Origin: Candidatus Sericytochromatia bacterium
GTDB taxonomy: Bacteria > Cyanobacteriota > Sericytochromatia > S15B-MN24 > VGJW01
DNA length: 64,000 bases
Assembly (NCBI GenBank): GCA_035286125.1
Contig: JAYKIS010000013.1
Coordinates: 5,451 to 69,450, forward strand
Direction of reading: 5' to 3'
Position numbers and translations under genes: made by a program. The notes beneath the pieces are model-generated. The model did no database searches. It was not told the DNA's origin and was given only the letters and a program-made list of their open reading frames with translations. The first letter of the stretch is position 1. The number at the start of each line of letters is the position of its first letter. Shown here one piece after another: positions 15,687-24,590 of this stretch.

Positions 15687-16964
15687 TCAGACTTCCGTCG
15701 GGGACGGACGCGAATCGGTTGCGTACCGCCCGGAAATTGACGGCATGGCGACCAAGGCCTGATGGATGGCCAGGTAAGCAGGGTGGCCCTCGACGGCCAT
15801 CAACGGGTGCTGCATCAGCATCAGGATATCCCGGTCCGGGCGACGCCGCAGAGCTTGGACGGCTTCCCTGCGCCGGGCCAGATCGGGCCACATCGCCGCC
15901 ACATCCCGCAGGGCGAGGACACCCGCCCAAGCCTCGGCCGGAATGCTGACCTTGCCTTCCTTGACGGGTGCTGCTCCGGGTTCCAGATGTCTGAGCGCCC
16001 GGCGCAACAAGGCGATGGTCGCGGCCCGGGCCAGGCCCGAGAACCCCTTGGCCGCCAGGGCCCGGCGTAGACGGGCCGCCAATCCGGGGCGGTTGCCCCC
16101 CGTCGCTTCGAGGGGGCGTGGCAGGGCACCCATCCGGAAGCTGTCCTCGGCTGTGTTGCCTCGGAACGCGGCACGGGTGGCTGTCAGCAGGGTGCACGCC
16201 GTACCGATGGCCTCGAGGTCACTGTCTTCGGCATTCTTCAGGACCATCTGCAGTGCGTTGCGCTCCATCAGCAGGCGCTTGGCCTCGGACGGGAAGCGAG
16301 CCGATGTCCCGTTGTGCACGTGCCGGACGACGGCCTCGGGCCGGTACACGACGCGATGGCCCGCCGCCCACAGCCGCCACCCCAGGTCCACGTCCTCGAA
16401 GTAGGCAAAGAACGCCTCATCAAAGCCACCCAGAGCCAGAAAGACGTCCCTGCGAATCACCATGGCGCCGCCGCAGGCGAACAGGACCGGCCCGGGCTCG
16501 CCACGGACCCGCTCGGCGTCGGCCCCGTATGCGGGTTGCAGGCCGAAGCCGTCAAAGGTCATCCCGGCTCCTGCATAATCCACGCGCGTACCGTCCCAGT
16601 TGAGGATGCGCGTCGCGACGCAGGCCACGTCCGGTTCCGCGAATCCCGCCAGCGCTTCGCGCAGCCAGCCGGGATCGACTTTCATGTCGTTGTTGAGCAG
16701 CGCCAGGTAATCGGCATCGGGCACGAGGGCCGCAGCCAGATTGTTGGGCCGGGCGAAGCCTTCGTTGGTTTCGAGGCGCAGCACGCGGATCCGGGGATGG
16801 CATTCGGCGAGCCAGCCTGTTGTACCATCGGTCGAGCCGTTGTCCACGACGACGATCTCGAGGGCGTCCTTCGGGTAATCGAGATCTGCCACCGACGCCA
16901 GCAGGCGCTCGAGATGGTCGCGGCCATCGAGCGTGACCACCAGCAGTGCCACGCGCGGGAGCAT
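15687..16964 (-). CDS. glycosyltransferase family 2 (with ~170-aa C-terminal extension)
   Basis: The real start is ATG 16964 (MLPRVALLVVTLDGRDHL), in an ATGA overlap with the epimerase stop. Motifs: IVVVDNGSTDGT, NEGFARPNN, LLNNDMKVDP, FFAYFEDVDLGWRLW. Confidence 0.9.
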   Translation of the reverse strand: MLPRVALLVVTLDGRDHLERLLASVADLDYPKDALEIVVVDNGSTDGTTGWLAECHPRIRVLRLETNEGFARPNNLAAALVPDADYLALLNNDMKVDPGWLREALAGFAEPDVACVATRILNWDGTRVDYAGAGMTFDGFGLQPAYGADAERVRGEPGPVLFACGGAMVIRRDVFLALGGFDEAFFAYFEDVDLGWRLWAAGHRVVYRPEAVVRHVHNGTSARFPSEAKRLLMERNALQMVLKNAEDSDLEAIGTACTLLTATRAAFRGNTAEDSFRMGALPRPLEATGGNRPGLAARLRRALAAKGFSGLARAATIALLRRALRHLEPGAAPVKEGKVSIPAEAWAGVLALRDVAAMWPDLARRREAVQALRRRPDRDILMLMQHPLMAVEGHPAYLAIHQALVAMPSISGRYATDSRPSPTEV

Positions 16965-17896
16965 CACGCCTCCGGACTTCCCTTGAGCAGATCCTCGAGG
17001 CCCGCGTCGAGCGCGACCCGGGCGCTCCAGCCAAGGCTCTCCCGAGCGCGCGATGTCACGGCCCACGAGTCCGGGATGTCGCCGCTGCGGGCGGGCCCGT
17101 GTTCGGGTGCCGGGGCGCTCGGGAGCAACTTGCCGACGAGATGGGCAAGCGCGGCGACCGACGTCTGCCGGCCCGTCCCGATGTTGGCGACGAGGCCCGC
17201 GATGCCAGGGGTCATGAGGGCCTTGAGATTCGCCTCCGCGACGTCGGAGGCGTGGACGAAGTCCCGCGTCTGCAGGCCGTCGCCGTGGATGGTGAAGGGA
17301 CGGCCGGCACGCGCCCGATCCGCCAGGATCGACAGGACGCCCGAATAAGGAGACGCAGGATCCTGTCTCGGTCCATAGACGTTGAAGTACCGCAGGCAGA
17401 CGGTCTCGAGGCCGTGAAGCTCGCCGTAGAGCCGCGCATAGGCCTCGCAGGTCGCCTTCTCGAGGCCATAGGGCGACAGCGGGGCGATGGGCAGGTCTTC
17501 GGCTATCGGTGGTGTTGCCGCCCCGTAGACGGCAGCCGAGCTTGCGATGACCACGCGACCCACCCCGTGGCGGCGTGCCCCCTCGAGCACGGAGAGCGTG
17601 CCTTCGATGTTGCGGGACAGGCTTTCCCTGGGAGCTTCGATCGAGCGGGGCACGGAAACCAGGGCCGCGAGGTGCAGGATGCCGTCCACCCCGGGCAACA
17701 ACGCGTCGAGGAGTGCGGCATCCCGGATGTCGCCCACTGTCAGGACGCGGTCGTCCGGAAGGTTGGATCGGTGTCCGGTCGAGAGATCGTCCAGGACCGT
17801 GACCTCATGGCCGGCGTCCTGCAGGCAAGCCACGCTGTGGCTGCCGATGAAGCCGGCTCCGCCGGTCACGAGAATGCGCTTGCCCACGACTGCCAT
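16964..17896 (-). CDS. NAD-dependent nucleotide-sugar epimerase (SDR, UDP-hexose 4-epimerase-like)
   Basis: Begins at ATG 17896 (MAVVGKRILVTGGAGFIGSH, Rossmann GxxGxxG). Catalytic YGLEK (YxxxK), then NVYGPRQ and GDGLQTRDFVH. The track N-terminal extension to 18016 was rejected as R/P-rich. Confidence 0.9.
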   Translation of the reverse strand: MAVVGKRILVTGGAGFIGSHSVACLQDAGHEVTVLDDLSTGHRSNLPDDRVLTVGDIRDAALLDALLPGVDGILHLAALVSVPRSIEAPRESLSRNIEGTLSVLEGARRHGVGRVVIASSAAVYGAATPPIAEDLPIAPLSPYGLEKATCEAYARLYGELHGLETVCLRYFNVYGPRQDPASPYSGVLSILADRARAGRPFTIHGDGLQTRDFVHASDVAEANLKALMTPGIAGLVANIGTGRQTSVAALAHLVGKLLPSAPAPEHGPARSGDIPDSWAVTSRARESLGWSARVALDAGLEDLLKGSPEA

Positions 17897-17916
17897 GGTA
17901 CACGGGTACAAGGGGC

Positions 17917-18672
17917 TTGATGCGCGAAGGTCCTCGCAAGCCGCCATCGTGGATGGCCGAGTTGTTCTTCGAGGCTGCCGTGGTTCCTGCGGCTGCCGTC
18001 CCGGGCTTTCCGGCAACCGAGCGACCGGTCGATCCGGGCTTCACGCGTGCGGACCTGCTCGGTCCTTCCGCACACGGTCCCGAACCGCCACGTACCTTTG
18101 CCGCCTACAAGGGCCTGATGGAGAGCCTGTTCAACCCCATGCGGGATCGTGCCCTCGCCCTGATGACCAAGGAGCCCGTCTTCGTGTCGGCCCGCGAGGT
18201 CTGGCGCAAGGGCCAGGGACAGGCCAACGCCGCCATCGTCCAGGGCCTTGTGCCTTTCGTCATCCGATCCCTGGAGCAGGCCTACGGCTTCACGTCTCCC
18301 CCCATCGACTACAAGGCGGCTGCCGGCTTCCTCGGCCTGTATGACATGCGGCATCACCGCATCCTGGTTTCGCCGACGCTTTTCAACACGTCGCTCAAGG
18401 ACTTTCTGGACACGGTCATTCACGAGGAGATGCATGCCTTCCAGGCGGAGCTCATCCTGATGCTCAACGTGCAACGGAAGGGTCGGGTCCTGTCCGCGCC
18501 CGAAAGGGCCATTGCCCAGTATTGGCGCAACGAGGAGCCCAAGTATCGTTCGGCGATGGCTGCCGGCAGCGCCATGAGTCCCGAGACCAAGGCGCGCTAC
18601 AGGATGATCGGGCAGGAGTACCACGCCTGGACCACGGCCCATTTCCTCGCGAGCCGACTCGCCGGCGCCTAG
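17917..18672 (+). CDS. hypothetical protein with an HExxH (HEEMHAFQ) metallopeptidase-like motif
   Basis: 251-aa ORF, clearly GC3-biased from about 18100 onward. It contains TVIHEEMHAFQAE. No signal peptide. The start is uncertain (TTG 17917 / ATG 17920 / ATG 17953 / ATG 18118) because only ~20 nt separate it from the divergent epimerase start. Confidence 0.6.
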   Translation: MMREGPRKPPSWMAELFFEAAVVPAAAVPGFPATERPVDPGFTRADLLGPSAHGPEPPRTFAAYKGLMESLFNPMRDRALALMTKEPVFVSAREVWRKGQGQANAAIVQGLVPFVIRSLEQAYGFTSPPIDYKAAAGFLGLYDMRHHRILVSPTLFNTSLKDFLDTVIHEEMHAFQAELILMLNVQRKGRVLSAPERAIAQYWRNEEPKYRSAMAAGSAMSPETKARYRMIGQEYHAWTTAHFLASRLAGA

Positions 18673-18733
18673 GAACCCGACCGGAAACGGGACTTGCTGG
18701 CGTGGTACGACGGAGGCTAGACTGCCGACCCTG

Positions 18734-19453
18734 ATGCTGGAAATTCGTATCCTGCCCGATCCCCGGGCCGTGGCCACGGCGGCCGCAGACCTCCTGGCGG
18801 CACGCCTTGCGACGAAGCCGGGCCTGCGCGTCGCGTTGCCCGCCGGGTCGACGCCCCGTCCCCTGTTCGCCGAGTTGATCCGGCGCCACCGCGAGCAGGG
18901 AATGTCTTTCGCAGGCATGACCGTTTTCGGCCTGGATGAGTACCGCGGCGTCGCTCCGGACCATCCACATGCATTTGGCCGATTCTTCCGGGACAACCTG
19001 CTCGATGCGCTCGATGTCCCCGAGGCGCAGATTCACCTGATGCCCGGAGATCGCGAGCCTGCAGGCCACGTGTGCCGCCTCCACGAGGCGCGCTTGCTGG
19101 CAGATGGAGGTCTGGACCTTGCGGTGGTCGGCATCGGGGCCAATGGTCACATCGCCTTCAACGAGCCTGCCCCTTCGCTGGTCTCCGGAACGCACGTCGC
19201 GACATTGTCCGCCGAAACCCGTGCCGCCCTTCCCGCTGACCTGGACCACGTCACGGAAGGACTCAGCATGGGACTTGGTTCGATTCTTGGCGCTCGGCAA
19301 GTGCTGCTTCTGGCCACCGGCGCGGGCAAGGCCGAGATCGTCGGGCGGCTGGCCCAGCCGCTGATCTCGACCATGTTGCCGGCGTCGTTGCTGCATGCGC
19401 ATCCGGATGCGATCGTGCTCGCCGATGCGGAGGCTGCAAGCCACCTCGGCTGA
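18734..19453 (+). CDS. nagB: glucosamine-6-phosphate deaminase (NagB family)
   Basis: 239 aa. Motifs: ALPAGSTPRPLF, FGLDEYRG, and VVGIGANGHIAFNEP (the NagB DGHIAFNEP signature). LPASLLHAHPD lies near the C-terminus. Confidence 0.85.
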   Translation: MLEIRILPDPRAVATAAADLLAARLATKPGLRVALPAGSTPRPLFAELIRRHREQGMSFAGMTVFGLDEYRGVAPDHPHAFGRFFRDNLLDALDVPEAQIHLMPGDREPAGHVCRLHEARLLADGGLDLAVVGIGANGHIAFNEPAPSLVSGTHVATLSAETRAALPADLDHVTEGLSMGLGSILGARQVLLLATGAGKAEIVGRLAQPLISTMLPASLLHAHPDAIVLADAEAASHLG

Positions 19454-19615
19454 TGAGGCGGGTGTCCGAGGGTATAGAGGAGGGACCTGAACCCCTCTCC
19501 CTGACGGTGCCTTCCGCTGTCCTGCATCCATTGCAACAAGCCCATCGGGCCGCAGTCCCGGTTCTGCGGCCATTGCGGTGCGCCGCAGGGATCCGCTGAC
19601 GGCTTCAAGGCCCCG

Positions 19616-22600
19616 GTGCCTCCCCCGCCGGCGACTCCGGTCATAAGGCCAGTGGGTACGGGTGCCCTGGTCCTTCCGGGCACCGGAAGCTTTACCGGGG
19701 GGACGGGCATGCTGCCGCGAAGCCCGACGGGTCCGCTCGGTCGACCCGGTACCGGACCCTTGCACCTGCCGGGGAGCGCTGCCGGGCGGGTGCCGCTGGC
19801 TCCGTCCGCTCCCGCACCCTTGCCTGCAGTCATCCCCGCTGCCGATCATGTCGTGGCGGTCGTGCCTCCCCAGGGGCCCACCGTGGCGTCGGTGCCCGTG
19901 GTGCCTCCCCCGTCCGATGCTGCTGCGCAACGGGTGGGCGACAGGCGAGTTGTGACGGTGCTGTTCGCGGACGTCTCGGGCTTTACCTCGATGAGCGAAC
20001 GCCTCGACCCCGAGGAAGTACGCGAGGTCGTCAACGACTTCTTCAAGGTCCTGACGGAGCCCATCTACCGTTACGGCGGCAACGTCGACAAGTACATCGG
20101 CGACGCCATCATGGCCATCTTCGGGGCCCCCGTCGTCCACGAGGACGATGCCGAACGCGCCGTCATGGCGGCACTCGACATGCAGGCCGCCGCCCGTTCC
20201 TTTGCCGAGGGTGTTGCCGCCCGGGTCGGGACTCAGCTCAAGGTGCGCATCGGCATCAACACAGGCCTTGTCGTGGCCGGTGCGGTCGGTGGCCAGTCCC
20301 GGCAGGACTATACCGTCATCGGTGACACCGTGAACCTCGCCCAGAGGATGGAGGCGGCCGCTCCGCCGGGAGGCGTGCTCGTCTCGGAAAGCTCCTACAA
20401 GCTGACGCGGCACAACATCCGCTACGGCGAGGCCGAGCCATTGTCCGTCAAGGGTCGCAAGAGCGACATCGTGACCTACGTGGCGCTGGGCATGAACGTG
20501 GCCGAGGGAAAGGTCGTCGAGGATTGGCCGTTTGTCGGCCGGGATGCCGAGTTCGGGGAGCTGTGCGCGGTCCTCGACAAGACGGTGCGCCGCGGTTCGC
20601 AGTCCATCAACCTGGTCGGAGCTCCCGGCAGCGGCAAGACCCATGCCTCCCGGGAACTGCGCCGATGGTTTGCGGACAGCCATGGGGGCCTCGTCATCCA
20701 TCTGGCCCTTCCCAGTTACTCCGAAGGCATATCGGCGTGGGTCATCCAGGAGCTGGGTCGCCTGATCCCGGAGCGCGCCCGTGAGGAGCAGATGGCGGTG
20801 CCCGAGGGAGATGCCATCGCCGTCCTGATGGCCCTCGCTGCAGAGCGGCCGGTCCTGCTCGATCTCGAGGACGCGCACTGGCTTGATCCGGATTCCCTGG
20901 CTTGGCTGCGTTCGCTGCTGTCCCGCGTCGAGGACCACCCCGACAGCCGCCTCTGCATCATGCTGCAGTTCCGATCCAGCTCGGACAAGGACTTTGCCGA
21001 GGACATCGGACCACCGCGGACCACGGTCTCCCTCGAGCCGATGGACGAGTTCTCCATGCTCGATCTGCTGGCGGCCCTCGATGGCCCCATGGACCTCGCC
21101 AGCCTCTCCGAGGAGGATCGCCTGGCCCTGATCCGGGTGGCGGATGGCAGTCCAGGATTCCTCATCGAACTCGTGAAGTCCCGCAAAGGCATCACGGATG
21201 CGTCGGCCAAGGGCGAGGCCGGTGCGGTGCCGCTGGTCGTCAGCGCACAGATTGCCTCCCGTCTCGATGGACTGCCCCCTGTGCAGCGCCAGCTCCTGCA
21301 GGTGGCCAGCGTCGTCGGCCTGCAGTTCCGCAGGGCGCTCGTCGACGCGGTTGCAGGCCTGCGCGATACCCATGGAGCATGGGCGGAGCTGCTTCTGCAG
21401 GACCTCGTCAGCGGCGAGGACGATGATCTGATGCAGTTCAGCAACGGCTGGGTCCAGGCCGTGACCTACGACAGCATGCTGCTCAGCGCCCGTCGCGACC
21501 TGCACCTGCGGATTGCCCAGACGCTGGAACCGCAACTGCGTGAGGGCGAGAAGAATGGTGTCGATCCGCTCGGGGTTGCCGAGCATTTCATCAAGGCCGA
21601 GCAGCCGGCCAAGGGTGTCGCCTACCTTGTCCGAGCAGCCGAGGCAGCGCTGGATGAGGGACGCCTGACCGATGCGCGCCAACTGCTCGAACAGGCGCTG
21701 GAAGCTCTGGCGACGACGCCGCCGGGGCCGAGTCCGGTGGCCTCTCGCGTCCACGTCTGTCAGGGGCGTCTTGCTCTTGCGGAAGAAGACCCCGTGCGGG
21801 CCCGGCGTCACTTCCACCGTGCTCTGCTGGCCGCCCCCATGGGCGATGCCGGAGCTCAGGCGCTCGGGCACCTCGCCGATGTGGTCGAGTCGCTGGGCGA
21901 CAGGCGCGGAGCCGAGGAGCGCCTGCTCGAGGCCTTGAGCCTGCTGCACGAGACCGATGCCCAGAGGGCCGTCTACATGGCCCGTCTGGCCTTGATCCGG
22001 CTGACGCTCGGCGAAGCCGACGCCGCCTTCGAGAATGCCGATGAGGCCCTGCGCGGCCTGCCCGTCCTGCCCAGCATCGATCGCTGGCGTGCCCTCGCCG
22101 TCAAGGGCCGGGTCCTGTACCGCCGGGGGCAGTTGGCCGAGGCCGAGGCTGTCCAGCAGCAGGCGGTGGACCTTGCCGAGGGCCTTTCGGATGATGTAGC
22201 CGTGGCCACCTCGCTGCTCGATATCGGGCGCCTCCAGCTGCGATCCGGCTCGTGGCGCCAGGCTGAGGCGACACTCAACGAGACCATCGCCCGCGCGCAG
22301 GATGCCCGTCATCGGACTGTCCTCGCAGGCGCGTGCGGGCGGCTGGGTGTGCTGTTCGCGGCCTGCGGCCTGCCCGAGCGGGCCGAACCGCTATTCCTTG
22401 AAGCAGCGCATCTCTACCAGGTGATGGGGGATGAGCGTCGGGTGGCCCTGAACCAGCTGCACCTCGCCGAGCTGGCGCATCGTCAGGGTCATGGCGAGGT
22501 GGCCCTCCGCGGTGTCGAGGAAGCCCTGAAGGTCATCGGGGCCCGGCGCAGCGAGGGACTCAGCGAGGCATGGCGCTTGCTCGCCGAAATCCACCTCGCC

Positions 22601-22936
22601 GCCGATCGGGTCGAGGCCGCCCGCGAATCCATTGCCAAGGCCGAGGCCGAGGTCGTCGACCCGGGCCTGCAGGGAGGGGCGGTCCTGCGTATCCAGGCGG
22701 CGTTGGCGGTCCGCCGTGGCGCGACGGAACTTGCCCTGACGCTGCTGGACGAGGCGCTGGCGTTGCTGGAGGCGCCTTTCGCGCAGCCCGAAAGATTGCG
22801 CGTCCTGGAACTGCGCGCCGGCTTGCTGCGTCGTCAGGGACGCGAGGCTGAGGCCGCCGCGTGCGCGACCCAGGCCGAGGCGATGCGCGACGCCATGCGG
22901 CTCGACGTGGGCCCCGAAGCTCCGGTGGTAGGATGA
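19616..22936 (+). CDS. class III adenylate/guanylate cyclase fused to a STAND (AAA_16) NTPase and TPR repeats; a zinc ribbon is probably encoded in frame just upstream
   Basis: Cyclase core: [54 protein letters not shown]. Walker [12 protein letters not shown] and Walker B-like [12 protein letters not shown]. About 550 aa of TPR-like helices follow. The same frame is open back to 19505 and encodes C-IH-C...FCGHCGAP, so the true start is probably upstream of the GTG at 19616 (see findings). Confidence 0.88.
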   Translation: MPPPPATPVIRPVGTGALVLPGTGSFTGGTGMLPRSPTGPLGRPGTGPLHLPGSAAGRVPLAPSAPAPLPAVIPAADHVVAVVPPQGPTVASVPVVPPPSDAAAQRVGDRRVVTVLFADVSGFTSMSERLDPEEVREVVNDFFKVLTEPIYRYGGNVDKYIGDAIMAIFGAPVVHEDDAERAVMAALDMQAAARSFAEGVAARVGTQLKVRIGINTGLVVAGAVGGQSRQDYTVIGDTVNLAQRMEAAAPPGGVLVSESSYKLTRHNIRYGEAEPLSVKGRKSDIVTYVALGMNVAEGKVVEDWPFVGRDAEFGELCAVLDKTVRRGSQSINLVGAPGSGKTHASRELRRWFADSHGGLVIHLALPSYSEGISAWVIQELGRLIPERAREEQMAVPEGDAIAVLMALAAERPVLLDLEDAHWLDPDSLAWLRSLLSRVEDHPDSRLCIMLQFRSSSDKDFAEDIGPPRTTVSLEPMDEFSMLDLLAALDGPMDLASLSEEDRLALIRVADGSPGFLIELVKSRKGITDASAKGEAGAVPLVVSAQIASRLDGLPPVQRQLLQVASVVGLQFRRALVDAVAGLRDTHGAWAELLLQDLVSGEDDDLMQFSNGWVQAVTYDSMLLSARRDLHLRIAQTLEPQLREGEKNGVDPLGVAEHFIKAEQPAKGVAYLVRAAEAALDEGRLTDARQLLEQALEALATTPPGPSPVASRVHVCQGRLALAEEDPVRARRHFHRALLAAPMGDAGAQALGHLADVVESLGDRRGAEERLLEALSLLHETDAQRAVYMARLALIRLTLGEADAAFENADEALRGLPVLPSIDRWRALAVKGRVLYRRGQLAEAEAVQQQAVDLAEGLSDDVAVATSLLDIGRLQLRSGSWRQAEATLNETIARAQDARHRTVLAGACGRLGVLFAACGLPERAEPLFLEAAHLYQVMGDERRVALNQLHLAELAHRQGHGEVALRGVEEALKVIGARRSEGLSEAWRLLAEIHLAADRVEAARESIAKAEAEVVDPGLQGGAVLRIQAALAVRRGATELALTLLDEALALLEAPFAQPERLRVLELRAGLLRRQGREAEAAACATQAEAMRDAMRLDVGPEAPVVG

Positions 22937-24270
22937 CGGACATGGTCGAGACGACGACACCCCCCGCCCCCCCTTCGGAGGCCGAGGTCGAGGCCGGCCT
23001 TGCCGAGGGCGATCTCCCGCAGCCCAAGGGGCTCGCGACAGGGGCCTTCCGGGCCGTCGCGCTCGCCGCGGTGCTGGTGCCGCTTGTCCTGCAGGCTTCC
23101 ATGGTGTGGCTCTGGCCGGAGATGCCCGGGGCCGTGCTGGGCATGGCCCTGCTGTCCGGCCTCGTCGGCTTCTGGATTCTGGCGCGGGCCTTCGGCAAGG
23201 CCATGGCCCCGCTTTCCGACCTGTCGGCGGTATCGCTGCGCGTCATCGAGGGCGACCTGACCTCCCGGGCGCCCGAGTCCCATGTCGAGGTGTTCGCCGA
23301 GATTGGTCGGGCCTTCAACCGGCTGGTCGAGCGCCTGCAGATTCTGGTGCGCCAGACGCGGGAGACGGCCACCACGCTGGTGCGCAGTTCGCGCCAGTTG
23401 CGGCAGGCGGCCGAGAACACCGGCAAGGCCGCGCAGCAGGTGGCCGATACCATCGGCCAGCTTGCGGCCGGGGCCATCGAGCAGGTCAATGCCATCCAGC
23501 GCGTGGCGGGTGAGGTCTCGCGGGTCTCCGAGGCGGCCAAGCAGGTCGCCGGCAATGCTCAGTCGGCGGCCGAATCCGCAGCCAACACCGCCCAGAGTGC
23601 CCAGGGCGGGCGTCAGGACCTGCAGCAGGCGATCGCCAAGATGGACTCCATCAAGCACAAGGTCTCGCAGTCCTCGATGGTCGTCGGACGGCTGGGCGAA
23701 CTGGGCCAGCAGATCGGCAAGATCCTCGAGCTGATCAATGGCATCGCCGCCCAGACCAACCTGCTGGCGCTGAATGCCGCGATCGAGGCTGCACGTGCCG
23801 GTGAGCAGGGACGTGGCTTCGCCGTTGTTGCCGAAGAGGTCCGCAAGCTGGCGGAGCAGAGCGCTCAGGCCACCGGGCAGATTGCCACGATGATCCAGGA
23901 GATCCAGACCGAGACGGACAAGGCGGTCCGGACGATGAACTCGGGCTCCCAAGAGGTCAACGAGGGTGTCGAGGTCATCAACCGCGCCGGCCATGCGCTG
24001 GACCTCATCGTGCGGGATGCGACCAGCACGGACCAGCAGATCCAGCGCATCTCGGAGGCTGCCCAGTTGCTGGCCGACAGCTCGACCAAGGTCAGCAGCA
24101 CCATCGAGCACATCAGCACGATCACCAGCCACTCGGCCGAGTCCTCGCAGCAGATGGCGGCCAGCAGCCAGGAGCAGACGGCCTCCATCCACGAGATCAC
24201 GGCTGCGGCGCAGGCGCTCGGCACCCTTGCAGGTGACCTCGAGCAGATCGTCGTCAACTTCAGGGCCTGA
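22933..24270 (+). CDS. methyl-accepting chemotaxis protein (2 TM + HAMP + MA signalling domain, no periplasmic sensor)
   Basis: ATG 22933 (MTDMVE) forms an ATGA overlap with the cyclase stop. Two TM helices are separated by only about 5 residues (WPEMPG). A HAMP domain follows ([20 protein letters not shown]...AFNRLVERL). The highly conserved hairpin tip reads [40 protein letters not shown]. Confidence 0.92.
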   Translation: MTDMVETTTPPAPPSEAEVEAGLAEGDLPQPKGLATGAFRAVALAAVLVPLVLQASMVWLWPEMPGAVLGMALLSGLVGFWILARAFGKAMAPLSDLSAVSLRVIEGDLTSRAPESHVEVFAEIGRAFNRLVERLQILVRQTRETATTLVRSSRQLRQAAENTGKAAQQVADTIGQLAAGAIEQVNAIQRVAGEVSRVSEAAKQVAGNAQSAAESAANTAQSAQGGRQDLQQAIAKMDSIKHKVSQSSMVVGRLGELGQQIGKILELINGIAAQTNLLALNAAIEAARAGEQGRGFAVVAEEVRKLAEQSAQATGQIATMIQEIQTETDKAVRTMNSGSQEVNEGVEVINRAGHALDLIVRDATSTDQQIQRISEAAQLLADSSTKVSSTIEHISTITSHSAESSQQMAASSQEQTASIHEITAAAQALGTLAGDLEQIVVNFRA

Positions 24271-24298
24271 AGCGCCTGCCTGTTGCCGGGCGCTTTTG
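24270..24298 (+). terminator. candidate intrinsic terminator after the MCP gene
   Basis: The 7-bp stem AAGCGCC (24270-24276) pairs with GGCGCTT (24289-24295) across a 12-nt loop. A short T run (24294-24297) follows, partly inside the stem. The U-tract is weak. Confidence 0.4.
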
Positions 24299-24331
24299 CG
24301 GGGAGTAGGGTGCAGCCTGCGAGGGCAGGGC

Positions 24332-24586
24332 ATGGCTGCATACAAGCATTATTTGCCGGCGGCGTCGGCGGCCGAGCACGAGCTGCTCGAGGCTCTGGCC
24401 CGCGAGCATCCCCATCAGCTGCAGGTACGTGCCCGAATGCTGCGCGAGTCCTCGCAGGTCTTCTTCGAGGTCGACTCCCCCGCGATGGCCGGGTGGATCT
24501 GGTACCTGCTGAGCCGCTTGCGCCAGGCGCAGCGTCGGGTCGAGGCGCAGTACCGCTGGAGCGGGGGACGACGGCCGGCGGCTTGA
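24332..24586 (+). CDS. small hypothetical protein (84 aa)
   Basis: ATG 24332 is preceded by gagggcaggg. Codons are GC3-rich. The protein is MAAYKHYLPAASAAEHELLEALAREHPHQL..., with no recognisable motif. It ends 4 nt before the convergent rarA stop. Confidence 0.4.
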   Translation: MAAYKHYLPAASAAEHELLEALAREHPHQLQVRARMLRESSQVFFEVDSPAMAGWIWYLLSRLRQAQRRVEAQYRWSGGRRPAA

Positions 24587-24590
24587 GGGC

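Noticed and set aside
19476-19504. Strong SD-like GAGGAGGG followed by an in-frame CTG (19487), considered as a possible start of the cyclase gene.
   Set aside because: That reading hits TGA at 19502 after 5 codons. It cannot supply the N-terminus unless the sequence contains an error (noted in the findings).
18464-22312. 1282-aa antisense ORF opposite nagB and the cyclase gene. Similar giant ORFs occur at 5504-7807 (+), 33365-35551 (+), 61649-63751 (-), 46994-48775 (-) and 30574-32310 (+).
   Set aside because: These are typical high-GC shadow frames. The translations are Arg/Gly/Pro/His-rich and carry no motifs. The opposite strand encodes proteins with unmistakable family signatures and GC-rich third codon positions.
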